DNA of 63,992 nt, filler included, from Licmophora abbreviata (Eukaryota), in the NCBI GenBank assembly GCA_900291995.1. It is 47 parts of 47 records of this genome, joined end to end, with 100 filler letters (N's around TTAATTAATTAA, not from the genome) between each part and the next. Parts side by side here need not be neighbours in the genome. Positions count along the whole stretch, not along the records: positions 12,703 to 13,993 come from OLMU01006627.1; positions 14,094 to 15,385 come from OLMU01006628.1; positions 15,486 to 16,777 come from OLMU01006629.1; positions 16,878 to 18,166 come from OLMU01006630.1; positions 18,267 to 19,552 come from OLMU01006631.1; positions 19,653 to 20,936 come from OLMU01006632.1; positions 21,037 to 22,328 come from OLMU01006633.1; positions 22,429 to 23,707 come from OLMU01006634.1; 39 more parts are not named here. One strand, 5' to 3'. The position numbers and the translations under genes are program-made. Under the pieces are notes generated by a model. The model saw only the letters and a list, made by a program, of their open reading frames with translations. It made no database searches and was not told where the DNA came from. Within the stretch, counting starts at the first letter, position 1. The number at the start of each line of letters is the position of its first letter. Shown piece after piece: positions 12,954-22,823 of this stretch.

Positions 12954-13284
12954 TCATCATGAAGGGACTAGGGTGACTTGTGAACGAGGTAAGAGGCAGA
13001 CTTTAGCCAGAATCGATTGGCCACAGCTGTGATGGGCGATGTGGAGCGTCTTGTCGCGCGTCTGACATCATCAGCGCGATCAATATTTTCTTGACAGCCA
13101 CAACACCCACCAACAGATGATGTTATGGTGACTGTGAATCAGGGTCTTCCAAAGGATAGTTCCAATTGATCTTACTGGGAGCAACGCGTTTGGGTGGCAC
13201 GTTCGGCGTTTCAGGGCTTCTTCTCAAGAGGTGTGAGTGAACGAAAGAGCGAGTCGAATCGAGTCTTTTTTTGTAGACAGCGCC

Positions 13285-13605
13285 ATGACTGCATCGAGTG
13301 CGACAAAACTCTCTGGCCTACAGAGAGAAGTTCTGTCACTTTACAGAATCATTCTTCGAGAGGCAACGAAAAAGGACCGGAGGCTTGTTGGTGTGCCCAC
13401 GACGTCTTTCGCAGCGCTGCTGGCAAGGCGGAACGCGGACGAGGACTCTTTGACCTCCGTATCCTTTGCAAGAGAAGAATTCCGTCGTCAAGTGGCCACC
13501 GTGAAACGTTCGGACTTTAAGAAGATCGAGTACATGATTCGGAAAGGTCAAAAGCAGGTCAAGCTGTTACAGATGCCAGGCGTCAAGAACGTGCATGGGT
13601 CTTGA
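13285..13605 (+). CDS. SDHAF1: LYR-motif protein, succinate dehydrogenase assembly factor 1-like
   Basis: LSGLQREVLSLYR...AREEFRR...DFKKIEYMIRKGQKQ. Confidence 0.75.
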   Translation: MTASSATKLSGLQREVLSLYRIILREATKKDRRLVGVPTTSFAALLARRNADEDSLTSVSFAREEFRRQVATVKRSDFKKIEYMIRKGQKQVKLLQMPGVKNVHGS

Positions 13606-14093
13606 CCGCCTTTCGAATGTGAGAATGATGCCACGAAACTTGACGTATTATCGCATGACCCAGGGCAGTGCCACCCAGAGGACAAAGCATGCCTGCTTGC
13701 AATCACCTAGTCCGGAATTCGCACGATGATCACAACGTTGGGCTGCCGCCATGCCGAAGAGCATCGAGCCAGTCATCTTCCCGCCTTTCTGCCAATGGTC
13801 ACGAGCCTGTGCCTTTGACACTGTTCGAGCTTTCACCAACCGCATCTATTATACTGCATGCTGGGCTGACGATATCAGGCGAAACTATGGTACCCATCTC
13901 GACCTAACCGATTTAGACAAATAAAGAGTGAAGCCTACTAGCATGAATTTTCAATCGAAGCTAGGTCGCTCGACTTTTTGCGCCATAGCATGGNNNNNNN
14001 NNNNNNNNNNNNNNNNNNNNNNNNNNNNNNNNNNNNNTTAATTAATTAANNNNNNNNNNNNNNNNNNNNNNNNNNNNNNNNNNNNNNNNNNNN

Positions 14094-15350
14094 GTAGCGC
14101 TCGATGAGCTCATACGAGGCGGCTCGCTCGACTGCCGTCTGGAAGCCGAACGTGAAACAATGGATGCCGGTACTGAGGTCTTCACTATTCGTCATCTCGA
14201 ATGACAAATTGCGAACCTTGGTCACGATGTCTGGCGTAATAGGGACATCGCTCCCTGGCAGGTTCAACTCTTGATGGGCCATGGCATTGAATGCCTGTTG
14301 TATGACAAGCACATCCTGCTTCTTGGGAGAGTTAGCAAGATCCTTCCAGAGCGTCGGTAGTGCCGCCTCATCCGCCACATGGCAGATACGAAGCAGCTTC
14401 GCGACGCCTACCGCCCCAAAGTACTTGGAGGGGGTTTTGACGCTGTCCGCTTGTTGACGAACTAGATCCGCCTGCCTGCTAGCCCGGTTATCGGCCACCA
14501 GGTCGTTCAATCCCGCCGCGATGGCATTGCCTGCGGCGAGAGTGGCGCCCGCGCCTAACGAAGGCAGATCGCGAACCACTAAATCCCAGCGCCTCTCGAT
14601 GAACGTGGGTAAAGCGAGGGGAATGCTAGGGAAGGCCCGACCGATACGGGAGATTGGAAGACCTGCGTCCCTCACCAAGGCCACCCGTAGCCAGTCCATG
14701 ACGGGCGCGCAATCCCCTTCCATGCCGTCGTTCACGATTGCTCCTCCAATCTGTAGCCAGGCCTCTCGCGGAGAGAGAGGCCCTGCCAGCAGCAACCTAA
14801 CGTACCGGAAAGGGAGGAGCACCGTGTTCCGTACTCGTACCACTTCCGTTCCCGCGTCCGCAGGGTCCGGGGGTTCGAATGACTCCACAGCGGGATCCGC
14901 CAGCGCCTGGTCAATGGCCTCTCGAGTCGGTACCCGGATGCCTCCGCCATTCGCCTGGTGAAAGTTGCCAGCCTCCCAATGAACAGTGGGTGGGGCTTGG
15001 CCCCGTACCACATCCCCGAAGAAAGCATACCCCTGGCTGTCGAACGGCGTGGCTCGACCCAATTGAGGCTCGTATCGTTGGAGACGATGGAAGAGCATAA
15101 CTTGGCCACCTGGATGGTCGGGCCCTTCCACCAGCAACATGAACGCTTGCGGATCAACCGTAGCAGATTGATACACAGCCGTTGCAATCGTATGCGGTGG
15201 CGGTGCTCCTGCCATTGGCACCCGAAATGTTGCCATGATACCCGCGTATTGGCCTTCGGCAAGGTCACGCGAGTCATCGTTGTAGAAGGAGGAGTAATCG
15301 CGATGCGGGGCCGCGACGGCTCCTCCCAGCGGCGGCACGGCGGCTGCCAT
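14094..15350 (-). mobile_element. ORF1 (gag-like) of a putative tyrosine-recombinase retrotransposon, 5' part
   Basis: Intronless ORF with a close paralog at 44196-45437. Assignment is inferred from the paralog's C-terminal CLSYH knuckle start and from the YR and RT contigs in the same assembly. Confidence 0.55.
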
Positions 15351-15615
15351 GTTCTCTGTGCAAGCGCCGGTGCTGGCGTGTATTGNNNNNNNNNNNNNNN
15401 NNNNNNNNNNNNNNNNNNNNNNNNNNNNNTTAATTAATTAANNNNNNNNNNNNNNNNNNNNNNNNNNNNNNNNNNNNNNNNNNNNCGCGTTTGTGCACGG
15501 TTTCGGGCACGAAGGCTTTGCTTGCGATATCGGGGCGCGTGCTCATCGCGGTTGTCTTAGGGGTTTTCGCCGGACAGGGAAAGAGGATGCGAGGGCCGCC
15601 ATATGCAGAACCGCG

Positions 15616-16777
15616 TCACTCGGTAACGGCCGGGGCTTGCCGTGTGGTCTGGAGCATGTGTTGGATCCGATCCTGCAACATGCGCGCGCCGTGGATCGAG
15701 AGGTGATTGGCATCGCTATAGGCGCTTTTGCCGTCAAAGGCCCAATGGAAGGTGCCATCGCGCAGGAAGGCATCTCCGAAGGACACAAGCGTCAGGTCCT
15801 CGACGTTCTGGAAAACGCCCAAGTTGTAGCTTTGCAAGGTCTGGTGACGCTCTGCGGGCAGGGTTTGCAGATCAAAGAAGCTCAAGGCGCTGTCGCCGGT
15901 CCGGTCCTGGAACAGGGCCGCATAGACCATGTCCTTCGGCTCGAAGGTCAGTTGGGGGATCTGTTCGATAACGAACAGCTTGACGCCAAGTCCCGCATAG
16001 AATTCGGCGGTGCGCCGGACTGCTGCCTCGAACACGGCGCGCGAGGCTGATGGCCCGCCGGTCTGCAGCGCGTTTTCGTCATTGAGTAGATAGTGTCGGC
16101 CATGCCCCTCATACCCGGCTTGTGTATAAAGCGACCATCGTGCCACCAGCACCACCGCCGAGATATCGTTTTCCCGAACGAATTTTGCCTGTGCCTCGGC
16201 CGCTGCATGGCAAACGCCAAGCGCATAATTCCCGTTCCACACATAGACGCCCAGAAGAGGGGGGCAGCCCGCCGTTCCCATCTTGATGACATTGGTCCGT
16301 GTGCTGTCGGCAAAGGCCTCGAAGGCGGGCAGGATCGCGTCGGCATGGCTGTCGCCGAACACGGCGATGGTTTGCGTGGCATCCGCGTAGTCATGGACAG
16401 GGCAGACAAGTTGCGGCGCCTGTCCGACATCGCCAAAGCCGGTGCAGCCTTCCGGGTGGGACATGCCGTGGGTAGTTTCCAGAAACTCCGAGTAGAACGG
16501 CGTCATTTTCGCGGTGAGGCGTGCGTTGCCCCAATCGGCGGCGAGGCCGGTGAAGCCGAAGGTTGCAAAAGCCGCGATGCCGGCGAGACTGGCGCCGAAG
16601 AGGGCGGGGCGCGCGGGCAGGAGCATGCGGTGGGGGCCTGAGCGGAAGGGCTGTTCGACATAGCGCCAGGTGAGGGCGGCAAGCGCGAAACTGGCCAGCG
16701 CCAGCCCGCTCATCAGCCACAGGGATGGCTCATGCAGGCTGCGGATACGCGCGAAGGCCAGGAGCGGCTGGTGCCAC
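15616..16777 (-). CDS. Acyltransferase-3/SGNH fusion (OafA/OatA-like O-acetyltransferase), 3' part, bacterial
   Basis: WHQPLLAF, TWRYVEQPFR, FGDSHA, GCPP, YSDANHLS. Confidence 0.88.
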
Positions 16778-17186
16778 NNNNNNNNNNNNNNNNNNNNNNN
16801 NNNNNNNNNNNNNNNNNNNNNTTAATTAATTAANNNNNNNNNNNNNNNNNNNNNNNNNNNNNNNNNNNNNNNNNNNNTGATGTGACTTGAGATTTGAGAT
16901 CGCCTTGTGGGAAATCAAAAATCAATCGTGCCCCGAGTAAGCGGGACTCATACATTTCAAGTCATGGATTCAAAACCCGTGACTGACTCTCAAAGTCGAC
17001 TTTCTGGGATGACGGCCGATGGCCAGGCCCGAAAATGAAATTGAAAAAATTGAAAAAAGATGAAAAGTGGCCGTGACCGCAAAATGACTCGCGACTCACC
17101 CGTCATACATCCGGCATGTCGCCGCAGCCGCTGTGTGGTAGTGTCGTCATTGATCTTGGCCTCCTTCCTTTGCAGCCTTCCCCACC

Positions 17187-18166
17187 ATGTCGACTTCCTC
17201 TCACAATGATGCTCCACCTGTGGAGTCGAACAGCAGCCACGACGAAGAAGGACTCGAGCTGCAAGCCTTTTTGCCCGACGACTCGGGCGCGAACAGAGAA
17301 AACGGCTCCGCGCGAGACCCGAAACTCGCGACACACCGAAAGGGACGGCTCTTGAGAAATGCAATAAACACGCTCGTTCCTCCTTCTCCTATAGTCCATG
17401 GTCCTGTTGAAACTTCGGACGACGACGAGACGGGAGACGATTCTTCCCATCATCATCATACGACAGATGGCCTGCACGACACGGGGGCATCGAACTCACA
17501 AGTCGCAGTCAATATATTCATCAGTTTCGTCGGTGCAGGCATGCTCGGAATCCCATATGCCTTCCAACAGAGTGGGTGGTTGCTCGGCAGTGTTGCCTTG
17601 TCACTGGTCTCAGGTTTAAATGTCTACTGCATGCTCTTGCTGGTCAAATGTCGGCAACACCTTGAAACACACAGCAACGTTACAGACATTGCTGGCTACG
17701 GTGATCTGGGACGTTACGTTATGGGGCCTCGCGGAGAGACCTTTGTCAATATTTGTTTGGTAGTTTCTCAAGTGGGCTTTGCCACGGCCTACATCATCTT
17801 TATATCGGCCAACGTCTACAATATTTCGCAGGGGAGTATCAATCGCGCTGCGGTTTGCTTTGGCTGTGTTCCTATACTCTCGCTGTTGGTACAGGCACGC
17901 CACATGCAGACCCTCTCGCCTTTTTCTCTAATCGCTGATGTTGCGAATCTCTTTGGTCTTTCTGCTGTTCTTATTCAAGACTTTGAATTCTACACGCATT
18001 CCGATTCCATTCAAGCAGTCGATTTCTCGGGACTCCTCTACGTCATGAGTATTGCACTGTATTCCTTGGAGGGTGTCGGACTCATTCTGCCACTGGAATC
18101 CTCTTGTGCCAATCGCAAGCACTTTCCAAGATTGCTCGTACAAGTCCTGTGTGGAATCACGCTTCT
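17187..18166 (+). CDS. Amino acid transporter (Aa_trans/SLC36-like), 5' part
   Basis: SFVGAGMLGIPYAF..SGWLLG, GYGDLG, YSLEGVGLILPLE. Confidence 0.9.
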
Positions 18167-18272
18167 NNNNNNNNNNNNNNNNNNNNNNNNNNNNNNNNNN
18201 NNNNNNNNNNTTAATTAATTAANNNNNNNNNNNNNNNNNNNNNNNNNNNNNNNNNNNNNNNNNNNNGCGTGC

Positions 18273-18287
18273 GTTCCTATTTTGTTC
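18273..18287 (+). promoter_or_regulatory. Alphaproteobacterial LexA (SOS) box GTTC-N7-GTTC
   Basis: GTTCctattttGTTC ends 11 nt upstream of the mmcB-like ATG. Confidence 0.8.
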
Positions 18288-18298
18288 ATATTTGAAGA

Positions 18299-18769
18299 AT
18301 GCCCTTGGAACCCGATCCCGACCCGCTCCTCGCCCCCGATCTGCAACCCGGTCAATTGCTGGCGCGCGGCGTCTGTCGGCATCTTCTGGGCCATGATTTC
18401 GCCTGCATCGAGGAATTTACCCCCGAACGCGGCAAGCGGGTGGATGTGATGGCGCTTGGCCCCAAGGGCGAGATCTGGGTGATCGAGTGCAAATCCTCGC
18501 GCGCCGATTTCACCTCGGATGGCAAATGGGAGGGGTATCTGGATTGGTGTGACCGGTATTTCTGGGCGGTCGATGCGGCCTTCCCGACCGAGCTTTTACC
18601 CGATCACACCGGCCTGATCGTGGCGGATGCCTATGACGCCGAAATCCTGCGCATGGCGCCCGAAACCCGGCTGGCCCCGGCGCGTCGCACGGCCCTGATC
18701 CGGCGCTTTGCGCGGCACGCGGCCCTGCGCCTGCAGGCGCTGCGCGATCCCGCCGTCAGGCAGATCTGA
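18299..18769 (+). CDS. mmcB: MmcB-family DNA repair protein (PD-(D/E)XK endonuclease-like)
   Basis: LARGVCRHL, RVDVMALGPKGEIWVIECKSSRADF..DGKW..YL.WCDRYFWAV. Confidence 0.85.
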   Translation: MPLEPDPDPLLAPDLQPGQLLARGVCRHLLGHDFACIEEFTPERGKRVDVMALGPKGEIWVIECKSSRADFTSDGKWEGYLDWCDRYFWAVDAAFPTELLPDHTGLIVADAYDAEILRMAPETRLAPARRTALIRRFARHAALRLQALRDPAVRQI

Positions 18770-18944
18770 GCCTTGCCGCCTTCACGGCTGCGGTGATCTC
18801 GGCCGCGATTTCCTCGGCCTCCTCGGGCGAGAAATCCATTGGGATCTCAAGTCCGTCGGCTTCGATGAACAGGCGGACCATGCCAAGGTCGGTCGGCCCG
18901 ATCTGAAGGTTGGCTTCGATGTCTCGTTCGGTGTTGATGCCCAT
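18756..18944 (-). CDS. Small conserved Rhodobacteraceae protein (DUF6324-like)
   Basis: MGINTERDIEANLQIGPTD.GMVRLF..IPMDF.PEEAEEIA; a GGAGG RBS lies upstream. Confidence 0.65.
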   Translation of the reverse strand: MGINTERDIEANLQIGPTDLGMVRLFIEADGLEIPMDFSPEEAEEIAAEITAAVKAARLRSA

Positions 18945-19117
18945 AGCGGCCTCCTGCACAAGCGATATGCGCCTAACGCCTTCTGTGCTGAATGGCAAGA
19001 CGGAACGCTGTGCACCGCCTTTGGGCTGCCGGTCCGACAAGGCCGCGAACAAAGCTGGCGATCAGCGCCGCTATGGGCTTGCAATCACCGGGCTGGGAAG
19101 TTAAATCGCGGCGCAGT

Positions 19118-19194
19118 GCCGCCTTAGCTCAGTTGGTTAGAGCGCTGGATTGTGGATCCAGAGGTCCCCCGTTCAAGCCGGGGAGGCGGTACCA
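19118..19194 (+). tRNA. tRNA-His (GTG)
   Basis: Acceptor stem GCCGCCT/AGGCGGT, D arm GCTCAGTTGGTTAGAGC, anticodon arm CTGGA-TTGTGGA-TCCAG, GTTCAAG T loop, encoded CCA. Confidence 0.97.
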
Positions 19195-19201
19195 TTAAAG
19201 A

Positions 19202-19504
19202 TCACTCCACCTGCACACTCTGCCGCAGCTGTCCGGTCACACGGTCGTAGATCAGGATGCGGTCATCATCCGTGACCACCGCGAACCAGTCGCCGCCTTG
19301 GGTGAAGGCCTGTACCTTGGCGCCATCGGGCAGGGTCAGCGTTTCGGGCAGGGCAGGGGGCTGTTCCGTGAAGCGCGTGACAAGCAGGAAGATCACGACT
19401 AGAACCCCCGCAATCATCGTGCCTGTCAGGATCGTGACCAGCAGGCGCAGATATCTCACCATCGCCGGATCGACCTCCGGCTGAGGCTCGGGGCTGTTAT
19501 CCAT
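19202..19504 (-). CDS. Single-pass membrane protein (DUF6476-like)
   Basis: YLRLLVTILTGTMIAG..LPETLTLPDG..AFTQG..WFAVVT, a common Rhodobacteraceae gene next to tRNA-His. Confidence 0.65.
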   Translation of the reverse strand: MDNSPEPQPEVDPAMVRYLRLLVTILTGTMIAGVLVVIFLLVTRFTEQPPALPETLTLPDGAKVQAFTQGGDWFAVVTDDDRILIYDRVTGQLRQSVQVE

Positions 19505-19552
19505 GCTGTCCACCCTTGTGACCTTCCGGATCGCCGCCGATCCGCCGCCCCG
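19503..19552 (+). CDS. Probable 5' end of an RluA/RluD pseudouridine synthase
   Basis: MLSTLVTFRIAADPPP(R) divergent start. Only 16 codons are visible. Confidence 0.4.
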
Positions 19553-19652
19553 NNNNNNNNNNNNNNNNNNNNNNNNNNNNNNNNNNNNNNNNNNNNTTAA
19601 TTAATTAANNNNNNNNNNNNNNNNNNNNNNNNNNNNNNNNNNNNNNNNNNNN

Positions 19653-20936
19653 ACCATTATGACACTCCCTCTCGAACAAAGCACCATGTACTAAGTACTC
19701 TTCGTGGACTAAACATGTAACATGTAACTTGAGATTCCTTGTAGATCACCAACCGCATAGAAGGAGGCGTATCTCTTGAAACTTGGCTTTGCGCAGCGCC
19801 TTCGTGAGGATGTCCGCTCGCTGAAGCTCTGTAGGGATCTTCTTGATTTCGACGCTATTCGGTTTCAACTTAGAACGAAACCAATGCATCTTGACGGCGT
19901 AGTGCTTGGACCTTGGGGTAACGCGACCTGGCTCCATATTGCCTAGGATAAGCGCTCCAGTGTTGTCTTCCCACACAGTCGTCTTGAAGCTTGTAAGGTA
20001 GTCTGCGGCCATGCCGATGCCACTTGCGACAGCACGTACTACTTCCTGGAAGGGAAGGACAGCTCGCATCGCAAAAGAGAGGGCATTATATTCACTCTCC
20101 ATGGTAGAAAGAGCAATGCTACCTTGTAATTTACTGACCCAAATGACAGGGCAGTTGGCGATGCAAATTGCATAGCCTGTTCGACTCTTGACGCAGTTTG
20201 GGTCCATCTTGTCTTCGAAACCCCACATGCCGGCAAAATCGGCATCAACGTAGACGTCAAGGTCTAAGGACTCAGACGGGCGGAGAACCAATCCTTTGTC
20301 CAATGTGCCTTTGAGGTATCGTCCGATCCTCTCGAGCGCTTTCTCATGAGAGCGTCGTGGCGAGTGTGTGTACCGAGCACATTGCGATACAGCAAAAGTG
20401 ATGTCAGGTCTTGAGTGACCTTGTAGGTAGCCAAGCATTCCAATGACGCTCGCATAGTTGTAGGTAGAATCTCCCATTTCACCGTCTTTGTCAGCTCCTA
20501 GTGCCCCATGCTCAGCTGGTGTGTCGATTGCTGGTTCTGAACCAATGTTCAGTGCATCTACGATTCGCTTCGCTAGTCCTTCTTGAGTCAGGGTGATGGT
20601 TCCTTCCGACTCGTTACGTTCGATATGAACGCCGAGGAATCCAGCTACGCTATCTTCGCGCTCGAAGTCCATTTCTGCTTCGTTGAGCTTGTCGAGAACT
20701 TCTTGAATGTGCTTGGGGTCTTGTGCATACAGCAAAGTGTCGTCTACGTACACTAGTATGATGCATGTCTTTGAGATGAAGAGACACGGATCGGCGGGTG
20801 ACTGCTCGAATCCGATCGCAACTAACTTGTCCTTGAGATGTTGGAAGAAATTTCGAGGACTTTGGCGAAGTCCATAGAGTGACTTCTTTAACTTGAGAAC
20901 CTTTCCTGGCTCCTTGAATCCTCTTGGCATCTCAAC
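19653..20936 (-). mobile_element. Ty1/copia RT-RNase H end (stop 19746), polypurine tract ~19665-19673, start of 3' LTR (TG at 19664)
   Basis: KSLYGLRQSPR, YVDD, VDADFAG, STMESEY, WEDN, QRADILTK; minus strand reads GAGAGGGAG-TGTC. Confidence 0.93.
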
Positions 20937-21132
20937 NNNNNNNNNNNNNNNNNNNNNNNNNNNNNNNNNNNNNNNNNNNNTTAATTAATTAANNNNNNNN
21001 NNNNNNNNNNNNNNNNNNNNNNNNNNNNNNNNNNNNGGGACATTCCGCAAAATATCGAGAATTTGGTATTTTGGCCAGAAAGTGCGACTCTGTGGCAGTA
21101 AGATTCCATTCATCCTGATGGCCACCTCTTGG

Positions 21133-21372
21133 ATCCCGATCTCGGCGAGTCGCCAGAATCGGGATCCCGATTTCGGCGATCCATCCCGATCAATCCCGAA
21201 CGATCCCGATTCATCCCGATCGGGATCCCGATTCTGGCGATAATCCCGATGCATCCCGATCGGGATCCCGATTCTGGCGATAATCCCGATGCATCCCGAT
21301 CGGGATCCCGATTCTGGCGATAATCCCGATGCATCCCGATCAGGATCCCGACTTTGGCGATAATCCCGATTC
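21133..21372. repeat. 40-bp tandem repeat with palindromic core ATCCCGATCGGGAT (left array)
   Basis: Unit atcccgatcgggatcccgattctggcgataatcccgatgc: about 4 clean copies plus degenerate ones. Confidence 0.95.
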
Positions 21373-21578
21373 ATCGCGACAGCTTGCACTGATGACTCGA
21401 CTCAGGGTCGGTCTTATCGAGTGCGAAGCTCAGTACAAATGATGAATCGATCTACTCTATGGACGGGGTGATCGACGTTGGGGAGCTCATCACCCAACTG
21501 TTTTGGTTGAATCTTGATCCTTACCCAAAGAAGCCAGGGACTGGCCGCATACAGGCGTCCATAACCGTCTAGTATTAC

Positions 21579-21991
21579 TAGAGTGTAAGATTCACAACGA
21601 CTCGATACCTGCGTTTGTTGCCACCCCCAGAGCTTCCTCGACGATTTCCCCGACGATCGTCATCACCGACGTCTTCCAGCTGCCGCTTGCGTTTATCATC
21701 TGCCATGGCCTGTCGTTCAATGCCTTCCCGATCCATGCCTTGCTCCTCAAGATATTTGTCAGCATCATAGTCTGACTTGTCCTCCGACTCAGACTCAAAG
21801 TCTTCCTATTCGTCCCATTCTTCCTCCTCCTGAGATATTGACGGGGTCGTCGCGCGTGAGAAATGTCCCTTACGCAAAGCACCAAAGAGTCAAACCACCG
21901 ATTGACCTCCAGCCTTCTCCTCTCTAAATTCCGAATCATAGTCTTCGTCCTCCTCTTCCTCTTCGTCGTCCTTGCCGAAAAGCCGGAGGAA
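21579..21991 (-). pseudogene. Decayed fragment resembling the FACT subunit SPT16 acidic C-terminus
   Basis: FLRLFGKDDEEEEEDEDYDSEF..., GT-AG intron-like segment 21830-21906, then EEEEWDE*EDFESESED..YDAD..LEEQGMDREGIERQAMADDKRKR with an in-frame TAG. Confidence 0.6.
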
Positions 21992-22198
21992 TCCCGATCG
22001 GGATCCCGATTTTGGCGATAATCCCGATTCATCCCGATCGGGATCCCGATTTTGGCGATAATCCCGATCAATCCCGATCGGGATCCCGATTTTGGCGATA
22101 ATCCCGATTCATCCCGATCGGGATCCCGATTTTGGCGATAATCCCGATCAATCCCGAACAATCCCGATCGATCCCGATCGGGATCCCGATTTTGGCGA
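21991..22198. repeat. 40-bp tandem repeat (right array, same orientation as the left array)
   Basis: Unit atcccgatcgggatcccgattttggcgataatcccgatt/ca, about 5 copies. Confidence 0.95.
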
Positions 22199-22428
22199 AG
22201 AGCACCGATGGAAATACCGATTTTGGCGAGTATGATCTTCGCCCATTCAACTAAATGGAATTTTGAATTTTGAAAACGGAAAAAATATCCGCTCAGAACG
22301 ATTTTTCCGATTTTTTGCGGAGTGTCCCNNNNNNNNNNNNNNNNNNNNNNNNNNNNNNNNNNNNNNNNNNNNTTAATTAATTAANNNNNNNNNNNNNNNN
22401 NNNNNNNNNNNNNNNNNNNNNNNNNNNN

Positions 22429-22767
22429 CCATCTGCCGATTTTGACAACTTTCGCAAACAATTGCACGCCTTTCGTGTCAACAACAAAAAGCTCAGCAAG
22501 GCAGTATCCGCAGGGCGACCATCGTGTGAGGCGGTACTGCAAGAACTCGAAAAGACGTGCAAATTAAACTTGTTTCCTGTCGATCGCATGCCGTCGTACT
22601 TCCGGTCTTGGGGAGATTCAAAATACTTGTCGGCGGGACGTGGCATCACTCTATCGGTCTTGCTTGCACTCTTGCTGCTGCTGGCCATTGCATTCTATTG
22701 CGTCATCTGTCTCAAACGAAAAAGACACGGGAAGATTCACAGGACGAACACCATTTTGCGGCAGTAG
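22429..22767 (+). CDS. 3' end of a hypothetical protein with a C-terminal TM helix
   Basis: Open frame from the contig edge with a hydrophobic segment followed by a basic tail. Confidence 0.45.
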   Translation, partial: PSADFDNFRKQLHAFRVNNKKLSKAVSAGRPSCEAVLQELEKTCKLNLFPVDRMPSYFRSWGDSKYLSAGRGITLSVLLALLLLLAIAFYCVICLKRKRHGKIHRTNTILRQ

Positions 22768-22823
22768 GAACATCCTATCAGTCCATCAGTACGACTACTC
22801 CAGAATAGTATAAGGCTACAACA

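Larger units (their letters stand above)
21037..22328. mobile_element. Non-autonomous TIR DNA transposon with subterminal tandem arrays and a captured host gene fragment
   Basis: Left end GGGACATTCCGCAAAATATCG versus reverse complement of the right end GGGACACTCCGCAAAAAATCG (19/21). Both lie exactly at the contig edges. No transposase is encoded. Confidence 0.8.

Noticed and set aside
21386..21430. Hammerhead ribozyme (CTGATGA followed by a CTCGA/TCGAG stem)
   Set aside because: The required GAAA after stem II is absent (TGCGAAG), and I could not form stems I and III.
21133..22198. CRISPR array
   Set aside because: Units are head-to-tail with no unique spacers and no cas genes are present. 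The RDYRQNRDPD-type ORFs are translations of the repeat.
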